Shown here: one piece after another, positions 61,789-64,000 of the stretch
How positions within the stretch are numbered: the first letter of the stretch is position 1
Layout of the letters: every line of letters starts with the position of its first letter
DNA from: Octopus sinensis
Taxonomy: Eukaryota
NCBI RefSeq assembly: GCF_006345805.1
Contig: NC_043006.1
Location: 29,760,001-29,824,000 of the forward strand
Reading direction: 5' to 3'
DNA length: 64,000 nucleotides
Notes under the pieces: model-generated
The model's database searches: none
What the model was told of the DNA's origin: nothing
The model's input: the letters and a program-made list of their open reading frames with translations, nothing else
Position numbers and translations under genes: made by a program

Positions 61789-62562
61789 CAAAGCTCGAAG
61801 AAAAAGGACAAAAATGGACGTTTTCATCTGTATTTGAAAATATGAAAAAAGAATTTCTTTTTTTATAGTCACGGTCATTCGATTAAAACAATAATCATGA
61901 TGACATTAGAAATAGGCCACACAGGAAACGTCCATGTAGTCCCTTGTATTGCTAGAAATAACAGTCAAACCACACTATTGTCTTGCAAAATGGCAGAACA
62001 TATAGGATAATGTTGTCCTTGCAGGAACGCTTTTGAACATGTATCTGCTAGAGCAGAGATGACTTAGACCAAAATGGCAATGACAATAATAACAAATATT
62101 TGTTATTAACTGACTGAAACAGAAGAATGCCGGAATAAATGACAAACTGTTTCATTTTGTCCGTCTGTGTCAGGTTTGGTCCATGATAAAACCTCCACCA
62201 GACAAAAGTTTCGGTAAAAAAGAACTGAAACAATTTGTTTAAATGTTGGATAATTTTTATACAAATATACTTTCATAGTAAATCTATCTTTCTTGGGAAG
62301 AAGAAAAAAGATATGACTTCTTGGTGTGTATATAATAGCATATTTTGACACAAGGCCAGCAATTTGGGGGAAAGGATAAATCGATTACATCGACCTCAGT
62401 ACACAACTGGTACTTCTTTTGGTACTTTTTGGTTATTTTACACCATTAAGAAAATTGCCATTAAAAATTTGGGTTATATCCCCACTAAAAAGTTTAGTTT
62501 ATGTAGCGACAAGAGATTGAATTAAAAGGGTTTAGATCCTTTTGATTCAATACTTCAACATA

Positions 62563-63310
62563 TTGTTAACTTTTGGCCTACTCAATAGGAATGCTATGAT
62601 TTGTTATAAAAATGTTATTAGATTCAATAACATTTTATTTTCGCAGTTTTCATGTTTATTAATTCTTTCAGTTTTATATGATTTGTTATGAAAATGTTAT
62701 TTGATTCAATAAGGTTTTTATTTTCTCAGTTTTCACATTAATAACTTTTTCAGTTTGTTGACTTTTGGCCAACTCAATAGGAATTCTATGATTTGTTATA
62801 AAAATGTTATTAGATTCAATAACGTTAATAATTTTTTCAGTTTTATATGATTTGTTATGAAAATGTTATTAGATTCAAAAAGGTTTTTATTTTCTCAGTT
62901 TTCACGTTAATAATTTTTTCAGTTTTATATGATTTGTTATGAAAATGTTATTAGATTCAAAAAGGTTTTTATTTTCTCAGTTTTCACGTTAATAATTTTT
63001 TCAGTTTTATATGATTTGTTATGAAAATGTTATTAGATTCAAAAAGGTTTTTATTTTCTCAGTTTTCACGTTAATAATTTTTTCAGTTTTATATGATTTG
63101 TTATGAAAATGTTATTAGATTCAAAAAGGTTTTTATTTTCTCAGTTTTCACGTTAATAATTTTTTCAGTTTTATATGATTTGTTATAAAAATATTATTTG
63201 ATTCAATAAGGTTTTTATTGTTTCAGTTTTCATGTTTATTAATTTTTTTCAGTTTTATATGATTTGTTATGAAAATATTATTAGATTCAATAAGGATTTA
63301 TTTTTTTAGT
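62563..63310. repeat. AT-rich 82-bp minisatellite
   Basis: Unit starts at 62840, 62922, 63004, 63086, 63168 (exact 82-bp period); diverged flanking units. Confidence 0.95.
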
Positions 63311-63329
63311 TTGGCCGAAATGACCCCAG

Positions 63330-63608
63330 TATTTTTGGTTTTCTTTGAAAGCTGGTACTTATTCAATCGAGCACTTTTTGCTGAACCGATAAGTCACGTG
63401 GACGTAAACACACCAACACCAGTTGTCAAGCAGTGATGGTGGGGAGGGGGGGCAAACACACACACACAGACACACACATGCTCTCAAGGCTTTGGTCGGC
63501 CCGAGACTATAGTAGAAGACGCTTGGTCAACGTACCACGCACTGGGACTGAACCTGGAACCATGTGGCTGGGAAGCAAGTTTCTTACCACATAACCATGC
63601 TTGTGCCT
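63330..63608 (-). mobile_element. SINE family A, degenerate
   Basis: AAGGCTTTGGTCGGCCCGAG..CACTGGGACTGAACCTGGAACCATGTGG. Confidence 0.85.
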
Positions 63609-63669
63609 ATATTGTTATATATATATTTATATATATATTTATATATATATAGTCTATGCATGTATGTAT

Positions 63670-63810
63670 TAAGGCGGCGAGCTGGCAGAATCGTTTGCAC
63701 GCCGGGAAAAAATGCTTAGTGGCATTTCGTCTGCTACCACGTTCTGAGTTCAAATGCCGCTGAGGTCGACTTTGCCTTCCATTCGCTCAAAGCCGATAAC
63801 ATAAAGGTAC
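63670..63810 (+). mobile_element. SINE family B, 5' part
   Basis: AAGGCGGCGAGCTGGCAGAATCG..GAGGTCGACTTTGCCTTCCAT. Confidence 0.85.
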
Positions 63811-64000
63811 TTATCTCACACCCCATTAAAAAATTGGTTTATCTTCCCAACTAAAAAATTTATTTAACCCCCAATAAAACAAAAAAATTAATAAACACGA
63901 AAAGAGAAAAGATTAAACACCTTATTGAATTGGATATTTTTATAATAAATCACATAAAACGGAAAAAATTAATGAACATGAAAACTGAGAAAAATATAAA

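Overview
Eukaryotic, AT-rich, repeat-saturated animal genomic DNA. The SINE/LINE/microsatellite set looks like a coleoid cephalopod, most likely Octopus; this is recognition from memory, not verified by a search. No prokaryotic operon, CRISPR array, rRNA or intact tRNA gene is present, and almost every ORF in the supplied track is a microsatellite translation or a transposon remnant. The one credible host-gene feature is a 61-nt signal-peptide coding exon on the minus strand (24184-24124, MKSYQWSVFLVVIITLDCIP-G|GTAAGC, phase 1); I could not find exon 2 in the window, so the gene is unidentified and probably runs off the left edge. The window splits into two domains at about 19-20 kb: a CpG-depleted left domain (putative intron/gene body) holding all copies I found of a PHD-finger RTE LINE family, nearly all antisense to the gene, and a CpG-rich right domain (promoter/upstream) with Gypsy, restriction-like-endonuclease LINE, Helitron, hAT, pogo and MITE remnants. 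Other notable items: hammerhead-ribozyme-like cores in several short repeats (one in a tRNA-headed SINE), several long fold-back structures, a Helitron enclosing a 5'-only LINE ORF1 fragment, and a possible decayed ARF/ARL-type GTPase relic. All alignments and counts were done by eye; element boundaries are approximate unless termini or TSDs are quoted.
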